Below are positions 41,275 to 54,100 of a stretch of DNA of 64,000 bases, piece after piece. The stretch spans positions 472,388 through 536,387 of the forward strand of contig OZ253485.1 in the NCBI GenBank assembly GCA_965261935.1. The letters run 5' to 3'. Source of the DNA: Dehalococcoidia bacterium. GTDB taxonomy: Bacteria > Chloroflexota > Dehalococcoidia > Lucifugimonadales > G963668185. Numbering within the stretch: the first letter of the stretch is position 1; the number at the start of each line of letters is the position of its first letter. A program made the position numbers and the translations under genes. Below the pieces are notes generated by a model, which had not been told where the DNA came from, searched no databases, and saw only the letters and a program-made list of their open reading frames with translations.

Positions 41275-42087
41275 GTGGAAGTCTTGGGCTACATCACTGT
41301 TGCCCTGTCTGGCGTCGCCGCCCTTACAGGTGTCATTGGAGTAGTGTTCGCATGGAAGCACTCAGAACATCTACGTCTCCCCGCCTACAGAAGTCTGGAC
41401 TCAGACGAACGCGATCTTCTCAAGGCCATGCGCGAGACGGGGACGTTCGTTGTTGCCTCGTTCAACGCAGGTGAACTGATGCCCTTCATTGTGCATCGAG
41501 CCAAGATTGACACGGATGGGCTTGCCCATCCTGCTGGTCTAATGGTCTCCCATCACTATTACGAATCCTGTCTAAGGCTTAATGATAGGGGTATCGTCCG
41601 GAAGCCGGCGAGCAACATAAACAAGAACGTTGAGTATGAACTAACTCCCAAGGGCGTCCGCCTATTGAGCCGACGTGGAAAGAAGCTGGACAAACATAGC
41701 AATCACGAAAGATTTAAGGATGAGGTCGGAATTGAAGAGCAGCACCGCATTAGGTCCAATACGATCTATGGCACGGCATACGATTGTTTAGGCGGCGAAC
41801 CTCTTGGCAACAATTCAGAGGCATCATGGCTTGCCCAGGTCATCGAGTATCCACTCATTGGCAGAAAGAGCGACAAAATATGTGACGTGATACTTCCAAA
41901 GCACGTCAATCATGTCAAGATGGGAGATAATATCTATCTTCGATTAAATGGAGTACCACTCTTCCTTGACAATCGCGATTGGTTGCAAGTCACTGTCACA
42001 CAGATCAACGAAGATGGAGACCATAAGATCTTCCTCTGCGGGGAAGACTCTTCGTGGACGGCCGATTCCACAAGCCGACCCGCATGA
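41275..42087 (+). CDS. Hypothetical membrane-anchored protein
   Basis: 270-aa ORF with an N-terminal TM segment (YITVALSGVAALTGVIGVVFAW). Visibly more AT-rich than its neighbours. Confidence 0.65.
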   Translation: MEVLGYITVALSGVAALTGVIGVVFAWKHSEHLRLPAYRSLDSDERDLLKAMRETGTFVVASFNAGELMPFIVHRAKIDTDGLAHPAGLMVSHHYYESCLRLNDRGIVRKPASNINKNVEYELTPKGVRLLSRRGKKLDKHSNHERFKDEVGIEEQHRIRSNTIYGTAYDCLGGEPLGNNSEASWLAQVIEYPLIGRKSDKICDVILPKHVNHVKMGDNIYLRLNGVPLFLDNRDWLQVTVTQINEDGDHKIFLCGEDSSWTADSTSRPA

Positions 42088-42159
42088 CGACTTGAGAACT
42101 GACATCCACTCTCTGCAATCCAATGTCATTAGCACACCGGTCGAATTGACGTGGTCCTC

Positions 42160-43595
42160 TGTCGACGCTCAGCGATTATGTCCGCCCAAGTGTCAAGGGA
42201 AAATGTCATCCGAGTAGATTGCCATGCTAGCTGATTACGATACTTCCGACGTTGCGCGGGCGCGCGCCATGGGTGGGCTTTCAGCATGCATGTACTTCCT
42301 CACGGTGTCTCTGTGTATGCTCAGTTCCCGGGCGATCCCATGGATGGACAGGTCCTTGCGTTTCGCCTTCTGCACCGCCTTCCATCTCGCCGTCTGAAGT
42401 GGGGTGGGCTTTCTGGATCGCGGAGTCGCAGTCCTGCGAACTCTTGCGGCGCCGTTGCGGTCAGAATCGTCGCGGAGTCTGTCTTCGTGTTGCACTGACA
42501 GTCGTCCGTCCAGCGCTTCGAGTACATCCACCACAGATCCGGCATAGCTCGGGCGAGCCCTGTCGGGAAGCAACTGCATGGTGCGCCAGCGGTACTTCAC
42601 CGTGTTGTCCCTGCCAACCCTGCGCCTGTACTTCAGGCATAGGACTGCGTCCAGGCACGGGTCAGGGACCCGATACGCGGTGTCTGCGTGTTGCGACGGC
42701 ACACCAAAGCGTTCATTGAAGCGGGGAAGGAAGTCGTTGAGCACGCGGTTAGCGTCATCGATGGTGGTCGCGCTTGCGAGTCTCAACTCCGTGACCAATC
42801 TGTCCTGGAGCGTGCCCGCGGTGCGTTCCACGCGGCCCTTGGCTTGTGGAGATGGTGCGAATATCAGCTGTACGCCAAGCTCACCCATCGCGCGCGAGAA
42901 CTGGGTGGGAGCGGCGGCGGTCTCCGACGGCGGCGTGTGCTTGAAGACACCATGGCGGTCTGAATAGAGTGCGAGCGGTATGCCGTAGCTCCGTATCAGA
43001 CCCCGCATCAACAGTAAATAGCTGCGGGTGTTCTCCCGCTCGCAGAACAGGGCATAGACGACACAACCCGTAGCATCGTCGACCGCCAGCGGTAACGTGA
43101 ACTGGGGGCCTTCTTCACCCAGCCATCTGTGGTAGCTGCCGTCGAACACGATGCTTCGGCGGCCTGCGCCGGCGAGGGCTGTTCACACCGGCGTCAGTCA
43201 GTATCTTGCGCAACGTGTTACGATCGATGTCTATGCCCTCCCGATCCCTGAGCAACTCGCTCAGGTGCGTGTGGTTGACTCCCGCGTATCGGGACCGCGC
43301 CAGGACCACCACATCGGTCGCCAACGGGTCCGTCGTAGCGTTGGCCGGTCTGCGACCTCGATTGCCGTGAGCGATTGCGGCTGCGCCGTCCCTTCTGTAA
43401 GCCGCCAGAACACGCCTGGTGTGGCGCGCGCTCACTCCCATCAATGTCGCTGCCTGCTCCGTGGTCATATGGTCCGCCATCAAACTGTTGAGAACCTGAA
43501 TCCTAGCCTGCTCTTTCTGCGTCAATGTCACATGCTCCTTCATGCGGACATTTTCGCTTGACAGTTAGCGAGGACTTAATCGCTGAGCAACAACA
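42160..43595 (-). mobile_element. Second, degraded copy of the IS481-like element in inverted orientation
   Basis: Same termini as copy 1. A 41-bp deletion between TCGACGGCAGC repeats causes a frameshift, and there is a 159-bp in-frame deletion. No flanking target duplication. Confidence 0.85.
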
Positions 43596-43949
43596 AGAAG
43601 TGCGGCGTATGATTGTGCCAGTGAATGATTCCCCTGGCTGAGGCCAAATTCGGGAACAGGCTCGTCTCCCTCGAGGTTGCAGTGGTGGTAGTCAAAGCGG
43701 GCATCGTCAGCTAGGGAACAGGGCCACCTCAAGGTTTCCTCAGTAGTCCGAAGGTCGACCACGGTTCGCACGCCACAAATAAGACAGCGTCTCTCGCGCC
43801 TCATCCGTGACACTGGATAGAAGATCGGACCGGATGAAACGGCCCCTCTTGGTCTTCCGACAGTCCGTGGCGGGCAAACCTCCCAAGTCGCGGACGTTGA
43901 AGGCGCTAGGGAGAACAATGCGACGTTCAGGCAGGGAAGAGAGTTTCAT
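43596..43949 (-). pseudogene. Tyrosine/serine protein phosphatase (Y_phosphatase3-like) N-terminal fragment
   Basis: LPSAFNVRDLGG...FIRSD, then a frameshift to GVRTVVDLRTTEE; cut off by IS copy 2 before the HCxxGKDR loop. Confidence 0.75.
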
Positions 43950-44270
43950 CCGGCAACGTAGATGCTGGTAATACAGACAAGTCTGCGATCGGATCTGGAC
44001 TGCTGAGGACGTGATTCCAACGACCGTAAGTACCGGCCGACTGGCAGTGAGAATCTCACGCTGCCCAGGGGCAACTTGTCTAGGTCCCGAATCAGTCGCA
44101 GACCACCTGTGGAGACTACAACCGAACCTGCGGGAAACGCGTACTGTGAATAGTTGAACCGGTTGGGCTTGTGCAGTGTCGTATCTTGTAAACGATGTCT
44201 ATATCTCTGACCCGTGAAAAGTCGATAGTCTCAGAAAGCCCCATGGAGTTGCAGGACATCTCTGCGTCTC

Positions 44271-44491
44271 TGTGGTACTAAATGTGGTACAGAGCCCAAA
44301 GGAGGTCGTATATCATAGCTATTCCGAGTCTCCCTATCTCCACTCCCACGCCTTTCCACATGCCCTCAATCGTGCCCGTGTTGTTTCAGAAAGGTGCGTC
44401 TCGGTATTCACTGAAAGTCTCGGTAGGTCTGCATTGGATACGGCGTGAAATGCACTGAATCCCGCCCTCTTTGTGGTACGAACTGTGGGAC
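44271..44491 (+). other. Right att junction with arm repeats on both sides
   Basis: TGTGGTAC at 44271 and 44283, degenerate core from 44325, then TGTGGTAC at 44472 and TGTGGGAC at 44484. Confidence 0.7.
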
Positions 44492-45195
44492 GCCATTGAG
44501 CCACATGACAGGCCGAATGCTACTTTAAGGCTGTTCGCTGTCTAAGTGAAGGCCACTCAAGGGTAGTCACGCGCTTCGCCTAGGGCGGAGTCTAACCCCA
44601 AGGCATTTGGCGTTTCGCAGGTCACTCCAGGCTGCGCGGATTTCTTTTGGGGTCAGTTGGTGTTTCAGGTCGACGTGAAGACGTGCGAGGGCGATGGAGA
44701 AGTCTGGCCTGCTTGCGATCGATGGACCTCTCTCACTTCATGGCGTGAAGTAGTTGCGCTTCCCCCAATGCAGCCGTCGGCTGGACGCGGGCAGGGTTGC
44801 GAGGAAGGTACGCCTAAGTGCAAAGTGGCGCAGAGTCGGGAACGAAATGTTGCATTGCTACGGGTACATACTCACTAGCAGAGACGTCCACTCAAATGGG
44901 TACAAAGTGATCTAGGCGAGCTCACAAGCGGGATGTAGCTTTTGCCAGTGTGACTGGACGTCAAGGCATCCGAAACTCCCATGGGGACAGATCGTCGATT
45001 CTGTGGCGGCTCGTCCACGCAACGGTTCGCGGTGTTCACTATCGGGGAACTTCGAGACGGGCCGCATGAGACCGCGGGACTTCGCTAGTGAGCTGTCCAT
45101 AGACCGTCCGGCTGGCGAGCAGAGTTCATCGCGCTTCGCCTGTCGGCGGCAGTGCAATTGTCCGTAAAGATTCGCTGCGACTGTTTGACGCGGCG

Positions 45196-48100
45196 ATGAC
45201 AATCGGGTCCTTGGCCGGGACCGATGTTCCCCCAAACACCTGCGGGCTCACTTGGCCTGCCCTGCTGCTCCTTTTGTCGGCGTCGGTCGCAATCATCTTG
45301 TCCGCTGCCTTACCCTCCTTCCATGTGGAGTCAGAGAAGTCGAACGTCGACCTCTCCCTTGCAACCGACTCATCAGACCAAGCGACAGTTAGTGAAGGCC
45401 CAGTCGGCTTCAAAGCAAGCGTTTCGCAGATCATCGGAAGATTGCCGGACGGTGATGCCACTTCGTGGCACGACGATCTTGACAAAGCCCACGTGACGGC
45501 GAGCCTGCGGGTGGTCTTCGAGCATGGGTCGGAACTGCTTGCCCGGAGATACGACGATGTCCGAGGCTCTGAGCATGATGAGGCCAAGCCCGTCAAGACA
45601 ACCGACGAGTGTCGGTCGACTCGCGACGGCTATGCGTTCGCACCTGGCGGAGACGCCCTGGAAGGCGGGCGCGAGGATAAGGCAGGTGCCGTCGCTTCTG
45701 CGAAAGGCGCCAGAGTCAACACCGGTAACGAAGTGAAGCCTTGCTTCGGGAAGCCCGCTCCCACAGAGGTGAATCCCAAGAAGAATGGCGAAGTCACCGA
45801 AGTCGTGGTATCCAAGCCGTCGCCTCTCGTGTCCAGCCTGAGCGTAATCGGGTTTGCACCCCTTGCAGCCGTTGAAGTTGAGCATGTGCGGCGCCCGAAT
45901 ACCGCCAAGAATGGAACACGCTACACGGCCCGCAACGTCGAACAGACCTGTCCCACTCATTCAGACAACATCGCGTCCCACAGATACGTGGGCGGCCCCG
46001 AGTGTAGCTTCTCCTTCTCGGCGGCCATGCTTTCCCGGAGCGGCGGCCAGTTGGCGGGGTTGAGCTTGGGCAGACGGCCTGATGAATCTCCGGAGGGCGT
46101 GCTCGAGCAACCCAAAGTGTCGAACTCGAACGGCGATGTTCCGATGGTCACCGTCAGCTTCGAGAGTGGAACGTACACCGTGGCAGAGGGTAACACTACC
46201 ACCATCAGAGTCATCCTCGACGAGGATCCCGAACACTCCGTCACCATAGCACTGGACAGGTCGCCACAGCGCGGAATCTCCTTGGCTAACTACTCAGGCG
46301 TGCCGAGCAGCATTACCTTAAATTCGGGTGACACGGAGAGGAGCTTCACTTTTTCGGCGACCAAGGAAGCGATGGGCGACGATGGCGAAGGCGTCAGAAT
46401 TTCGATCGGATCGACCTTACCCGCAGGCGTCACTGCTACAGCACCGATCCAGACAACGGTCCACATCGCCGACGACGACACTGCGGGGGTGACGTTTGAC
46501 CCAGAGACGGTGACAGTAACGGAAGGCACCTCATCCTCATACGCGGTGGTCTTGGACAGCCAGCCGACTCATGAAGTGACGGTGACGATCAACTCGCCCG
46601 CCGGAACGGAGATACTGACGCTTCAGCCTCGTCTCACATTCACGACCGATAACTGGGACATAGAGCAGACGGTGACGGTGATCGCCAACCCGGACAGAGA
46701 CTCCGTCAATGACACTGGTTCGATAACACACACGATCGATTCCTTGGACGACGACTACGACAGAATCATACCGGGTGCTGTTGAGGTGACAGTGATCGAC
46801 GACGACGTTCCAGCGGTCGTGGTGAGCTTTGCTCAGAGTTCCTACACCGTGTCTGAAGGGGGCACTACTACGGTCAAAGTGGTCATGGACGCGGACCCAG
46901 AACGTACCGTCAACATCCGCATCTTTGGGACGCTTTTGGAAGGGGCCACTAGTACCGACTACTCGGGCGTGCCCGCCGAGGTGACCTTCAACGCAGGGGA
47001 GACCGAACAGAGCTTCATATTCTCGGCTACGCAGGATGAGATAGACGACGATGGCGAAGGAGTAAGACTGAACTTAGGGACACTGCCCTTCAAGGTGTCT
47101 CTTGGAGGCACGGATGAGACGGTGGTGTCGATCACGGACGACGACGATTCAGCGGTCACGGTGAGCTTCGATATGGCCTCCTACAGCGTTGCTGAAGGCG
47201 ACGATGTGATGATCGGAGTCACCCTAAGCGCCGCCCTTGAACTCGCGGTGACGATTCCCATCGTAGTTGCACTTCAGGACGGGGCCACCAGTATCGACTA
47301 CTCAGGTGTGCCGGCCAACGTGATGTTCGCTTCGGGAGAAACCGAGCGTAGCTTCACCTTCACCGCGACACAGGATACGGAGGAGGACGACGGAGAGTCG
47401 GTAAAGTTGACCTTCGGGGAGTTGTCCGAGGCCGTATCCGAGGGGTTGAACAGCGAGGCGACGGTCACGATCGCAGACGACGATGTGCCGGACGTCGCCG
47501 TCAGCTTCGAGCAGGCATTCTACGCCGTCGAAGAGGGCGGCACGACGACTATCAGGATCATCCTGAGCTCCGACCTTCATCCTACCGTCAACGTACCGAT
47601 CACTGTGACCGAGCATGGCGGCGCGGCAAGTGCTGACTACTCAGGCGTGCCTGCCAGCGTGACCTTTGATTCAGGGGAGACGGAGCATAGGTTCACGATC
47701 ACCGCAGTCCAGGACTCACTTGATGACGACGGAGAGTCGGTGAAGCTCACTTTCGGGGAGCTGCCCAACCAGGTGACATCAGGCCCAACCGATGAGGCGA
47801 TGGTAACGGTCATTGATGACGACGTGCCGAGTGTGGCCGTCAGCTTCGAAGAGGCAAGTTACACCGTTGCAGAGGGCAGAACTACCACCATCAAGATCAC
47901 GCTGAGCGCTGACCCAGAGCGGACCGTCACAATACCGATCATCAAGACCGAGCAGGGCGGAGCCACCAGCGCCGACTACACAGGCGTGCCCGCCAGCGTG
48001 ACTTTCGATGCAGAGGAGACCGAAGAAGCCTTCACGTTCTCCGCTACCCAGGATGCATTCGACGAAGATGGCGGAGGCGTCAGGCTTTCGTTTGGCTCGA

Positions 48101-51100
48101 GTCTGCCGACAGGCGTGATCGCTGCGACTCCGAGCCAGACAACGGTCCAAATCATCGACGACGACACGGCAAGAGTGACGGTTGATCCGACGATGCTGAG
48201 AATAGCCGAGCACGCCACATCCTCGTACACCATGGTTCTGGACAGCCAGCCGACACACGAGGTGACGGTGACGATCAACTCTCCCACCGGGACGGAGATC
48301 GTAACGGTTCAACCTCGCCTCACATTCACGACGGATAACTGGGACAAAGAGCAGAGTGTGACGGTGATAGCGAACCCTGACAGAGATACTTCCGATGACT
48401 ACGGCGTGATCACACACACTGTCGATTCACTTGACGATGATTACGACAGAGTCACGCCGAGCGGTGTCGCCGTCACGGTCATTGATGACGACGTGCCGAG
48501 TGTGGCCGTCAGCTTCGAGGAGGCAAGTTACACCGTTGCAGAGGGCAGAACTACCACCATCAAGATCACGCTGAGCGCTGACCCAGAGCGGACCGTCACA
48601 ATACCGATCATCAAGACCGAGCACGGCGGTGCCACCAGCGCCGACTACACAGGCGTGCCCGCCAGCGTGACTTTCGATGCAGGGGAGGCCGAAGAAGCCT
48701 TCACGTTCTCCGCTACCCAGGATGCATTCGACGAAGACGGCGGAGGCGTCAGACTTTCGTTTGGCTCGAGTCTGCCGACAGGCGTGATCGCTGCGACTCC
48801 GAGCCAGACAACGGTCCAAATCATCGACGACGACACGGCAAGAGTGACGGTTGATCCGACGATGCTGAGAATAGCCGAGCACGCCACATCCTCGTACACC
48901 ATGGTCCTAGACAGCCAGCCAGCACACGAAGTGATAGTGACGATCAACTCACCCGTCGGGACGGAGATCGTAACGGTTCAACCTCGCCTCACCTTCACAA
49001 CTGAAGACTGGGACGAAATGCAGAGTGTGACGGTGATAGCGAACCCAGACAGAGATACCTCCGATGACTACGGCGTGATCACACACACAGTCGATTCACT
49101 TGACGACGACTACGACAGAGTCACGCCGAGCGGTGTCGCCGTCACGGTCATTGATGACGACGTGCCGGATGTGGCCGTCAGCTTCGAAGAGGGGACCTAC
49201 TCCGTCGATGAGGGTGGCACCACCACCATCAAGATCACGCTCAGCGCCGACCCAGATCGGACCGTCACTGTACCGATCACCAAGACCGACCAGGGTGGTG
49301 CCACCAGCGCCGACTACACAGGCGTGCCTGCCAGCGTCACATTTGACTCAGGGGAAACACAACACAGGTTCACCTTCACCGCAGTCCAGGACTCAGTTGA
49401 TGACGATGGAGAGTCGGTGGCGTTGAATTTCGGGATACTTCCCGGGGCCATTTCCAAGGGGATGAACAGCGAGGCAACGGTAACCATATCCGACGACGAT
49501 GTGCCAGGAGTCACCGTCAGCTTCGAGCAGCGGACCTACACCGTACAGGAGGGCAGTACCACCACGATCAAGGTGATCCTCAGCGCCGACCCCGAGCGTA
49601 TCGCCATCATACCGATCAGCAGGACCGACCAAGGCGGGGCTACCAGCGCTGATTACTCAGGTGTGCCCGCCCGCGTAACCTTCGATGCAGGCCACACCGA
49701 GCGTAGCTTCACCTTTACGGCAGCGCAGGATCTTGTGAACGACGATGGAGAGTCGGTGAAGTTGACCTTCGGGACGCTGCCCAGCCAGGTGACGGTAGGC
49801 CCTACTGATGAGGCGACGGTCACGATATCCGACGATGATGTGCCAAGCGTAACTGTTAGCTTCGAGCAGGCGACCTACGTCGTGGCCGAGGGCGGGACTA
49901 CCACCATCAAGATCACGCTCAGCGCAGACTCAGAGCGGACTGTGACAATACCGATCACTAAGACCGAGCACGGCGGTGCCACCAGCGCCGACTACACAGG
50001 CGTGCCCGCCAGCGTGACTTTCGATGCAGGGGAGGCCGAAGAAGCCTTCACGTTCTCCGCTACCCAGGATGCATTCGACGAAGACGGCGGAGGCGTCAGA
50101 CTTTCGTTTGGCTCGAGTCTGCCGACAGGCGTGATCGCTGCGACTCCGAGCCAGACAACGGTCCAAATCATCGACGACGACACGGCAAGAGTGACGGTTG
50201 ATCCGACGATGCTGAGAATAGCCGAGCACGCCACATCCTCGTACACCATGGTCCTAGACAGCCAGCCAGCACACGAAGTGATAGTGACGATCAACTCACC
50301 CGTCGGGACGGAGATCGTAACGGTTCAACCTCGCCTCACCTTCACAACTGAAGACTGGGACGAAATGCAGAGTGTGACGGTGATAGCGAACCCAGACAGA
50401 GATACCTCCGATGACTACGGCGTGATCACACACACAGTCGATTCACTTGACGACGACTACGACAGAGTCACGCCGAGCGGTGTCGCCGTCACGGTCATTG
50501 ATGACGACGTGCCGGATGTGGCCGTCAGCTTCGAAGAGGGGACCTACTCCGTCGATGAGGGTGGCACCACCACCATCAAGATCACGCTCAGCGCCGACCC
50601 AGATCGGACCGTCACTGTACCGATCACCGCAACCGACCAGGGTGGAGCCACCAGCGCCGACTACTCGGACGTGCCCGGCAGCGTGACCTTCCAAGCAGGT
50701 GACATGGAGAAGAGCTTCACCTTCACCGCAATCCAAGACTCAATCGATGACGATGGAGAGTCGGTGAGGCTGACCTTCGGGGGGCTGCCCAGCCAGGTGA
50801 CATCAGGCCCTATAGATGAGGCAACGGTAACGATATCCGACGACGATGTGCCCGGAGTCACCGTAAACTTCGAGCAGGCGACCTACGTAGTGGCAGAGGG
50901 CGGCACTACCACCATTGTGATCACGCTGAGCACTGACCCAGAGCGGACCGTCACGATACCGATCACCAAGACCGATCAGGGCGGTGCCACAAGTGCTGAC
51001 TACACAAGTGTGCCCGCCAGCCTGACTTTCGATTCAGGCCACACCGAGCACAGTTTCATCTTCACCGCAGTCCAAGACCCAGTCGATGACGACGGAGAGT

Positions 51101-54100
51101 CGGTGAAGTTGACCTTCGGGGCGCTGCCCAGCCAGGTAACATCAGGCCCGACCGATGAGGCAATGGTAACGATATCCGACGACGATGTGCCCGAAGTCAC
51201 CGTCAGCTTCGGTCAGGCAGCCTACGTCGTGTCCGAAGGCAGCACTACCACCGTCAAGATTACCTTGAGCGCCGACCCAGAGCGGACCGTCACGATACCG
51301 ATCACCAAGACCGATCAGGGCGGTGCCACAAGTGCTGACTACTCAGGAGTGCCTGGCAGCATCACATTTAACTCAGGGGAAACACAACATAGCTTCACCT
51401 TTACGGCAGCCCAGGACTCAGCGGATGACGATGGAGAGTCGGTGGCGTTGGCCTTCGGGGAGTTGCCCGAGGCCATTTCCGAGGGGATGAACAGCGAGGC
51501 AACGGTAACGATGTCCGACGACGATGTACCGGAGGTCACTATCAGCTTCGGTCAGTCAGCCTACTTCGTGGCCGAGGGCAGCACTTCTACCGTTAAGATC
51601 ACCCTCAGCGCCGACCCTGAGCGGGCCGTCCACATACCGATCACTAAGACCGAGCAGGGCGGAGCCACCAGCGCCGACTTCATAGGCGTGCCTGCCAGCG
51701 TGACCTTCGATGCGGGGGAGACCGAAGAAACCTTCACGTTCTCCGCCACAGATGACGCGATGGACGATGACGGCGAAGGCGTCAGGCTTTCGATTGGCTC
51801 GAGTCTGCCCACAGGCGTTACCGCTGCGACACCGACCCAAACGACGGTACATATCATCGACGAAGACACGGCGGGAGTGACGGTTGATCCGACGATGCTG
51901 AGAATAGCCGAGCACGCCACATCCTCGTACACCATGGTCTTGGACAGCCAGCCGACACACGAGGTGACGGTGACGATCAACTCGCCCGCCGGCACTGAGA
52001 TCTTGACGCTTCGACCTCGCCTCACATTCACGACGGATAACTGGGACATAGAGCAGAGTGTGACGGTGATAGCGAACCCAGACAGAGACACGACTGATGA
52101 CAACGGGGTCATCACACACACAGTCGATACTTTGGATGATGATTACGACAGAGTCACGCCCAGCAGTGTCGCCGTCACGGTCATTGATGACGACGTGCCA
52201 GATGTGGCCGTCAGCTTCCAAGAGGGGACCTACTCCGTCGACGAGGGCACCACCACCACCATCAAGATCACGCTGAGCGCCGACCCAGATCGGACCGTCA
52301 CTATACCGATCACCGCAACCGACCAGGGTGGAGCCACAAGTGCCGACTACACAGGCGTGCCCGCCAGCGTGACCTTCGATTCGGGTGAGACCGAAGAGGC
52401 CTTCACCTTCACCGCAATCCAGGACTCAGTTGATGACGATGGAGAGTCGGTGGCGTTGAATTTCGGGACACTTCCCGAGGCCATTTCCGAGGGGATGAAC
52501 AGCGTGGCAACGGTAACGATATCCGACGACGATGTGCCAATCGTCACCGTCCGCTTCGAGCAGCGGACCTACACCGTGGAGGAGGGCAACACCACCACGA
52601 TCAAGGTGATCCTCAGCGAAGACCCAGAGCGGACCGTCACTATACCGATCACGGCAACCGACCTTGGTGGAGCCACCAGCGCCGACTACTCGGGTTTGCC
52701 CGCCAGCATAACCATCGATGCAGGCCACACCGAGCATAGCTTCAGCTTTACGGCAACGCAGGATTCTGTGAACGACGATGGAGAGTCGGTGAAGCTGAAC
52801 TTCGGGGCGCTGCCCAGCCAGGTGACATCAGGCCCTACAGATGAAACGACGGTGACGATATCCGACGACGATGTGCCGGTCGTCACCGTAAACTTCGAGC
52901 AGGCAACCTACGCAGTAGCAGAGGGCGGCACTACCACCATTGTGATCACCCTCAGCCCCGACCCTGAGCGGACTGTCAACATACCTATCACCGCAACTGA
53001 GCAAGGCAGTGCCACCAACGCCGACTACTCAGGCGTGCCCGCCAGCGTGACGTTCGACTCAGGGGAAACACAGCGTAGCTTCACCTTCACCGCAATCCAA
53101 GACTCAATGGATGACGATGGAGAGTCGGTGGCGTTGAACTTCGGGGCACTTCCCGAGGCCATTTCCGAGGGGATGAACAGCGAGGCAACGGTCACGATAG
53201 CCGACGACGATGTACCGGAGGTCACCGTCAGCTTCGAGTATGGGACCTACGTTGTGGCCGAGGGCAGCACTACTACCGTCAAGATCACCCTCAGCCCCGA
53301 CCCTGAGCGGACTGTCAACATACCTATCACCGCAACTGAGCAAGGCAGTGCCACCAACGCCGACTACTCAGGCGTGCCCGCCAGCGTGACGTTCGACTCA
53401 GGGGAAACACAGCGTAGCTTCACCTTCACCGCAATCCAAGACTCAGTGGATGACGATGGAGAGTCGGTGGCGTTGAACTTCGGGGCACTTCCCGAGGCCA
53501 TTTCCGAGGGGATGAACAGCGAGGCAACGGTCACGATAGCCGACGACGATGTACCGGAGGTCACCGTCAGCTTCGAGTATGGGACCTACGTTGTGGCCGA
53601 GGGCAGCACTACTACCGTCAAGATCACGCTCAGCGTCGACCCGGAGCGGACCGTCACCATACCGATCACTGCGACCGAGCAAGGCGGTGCCACCAGCGCC
53701 GATTACTCAGGCGTTCCCACCAGCGTGACCTTCCAAGCAGGTGACATGGAGAATAGCTTCACCTTCACCGCGGTCCAGGACTCAGTCGATGACGACAGAG
53801 AGATCGTGAGGCTGACCTTCGGGGAGCTACCCAGCCAGGTGACATCAGGCCCTACAGATGAGGCGACGGTCACGATATCCGACGACGATGTGCCGAGCGT
53901 CACCGTAAACTTCGAGCAGGCGACCTACGCAGTGGCAGAGGGCAGCACTACCACCATCAAGATCTCGCTGAGCGCCGACCCAGAGCGGACTGTCACTATA
54001 CCGATCACCAAGACCGAGCACGGCGGTGCGGTAAGCGCCGACTACTCAGGTGTGCCTGGCAGCGTCACATTTAACTCAGGGGAAACACAACACAGTTTCA

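Larger units (their letters stand above)
22825..44388. mobile_element. tRNA-Ala-integrated genomic island (P4-type tyrosine integrase)
   Basis: Integrase adjacent to the tRNA. The att core at 22825-22888 matches 44325-44388 at 46/64 positions without gaps. TGTGGTAC arm repeats occur at both ends. Confidence 0.75.

Noticed and set aside
28340-43595. Composite transposon that moved as a unit
   Set aside because: The outer flanks do not form a target duplication, and copy 1 has its own duplication.
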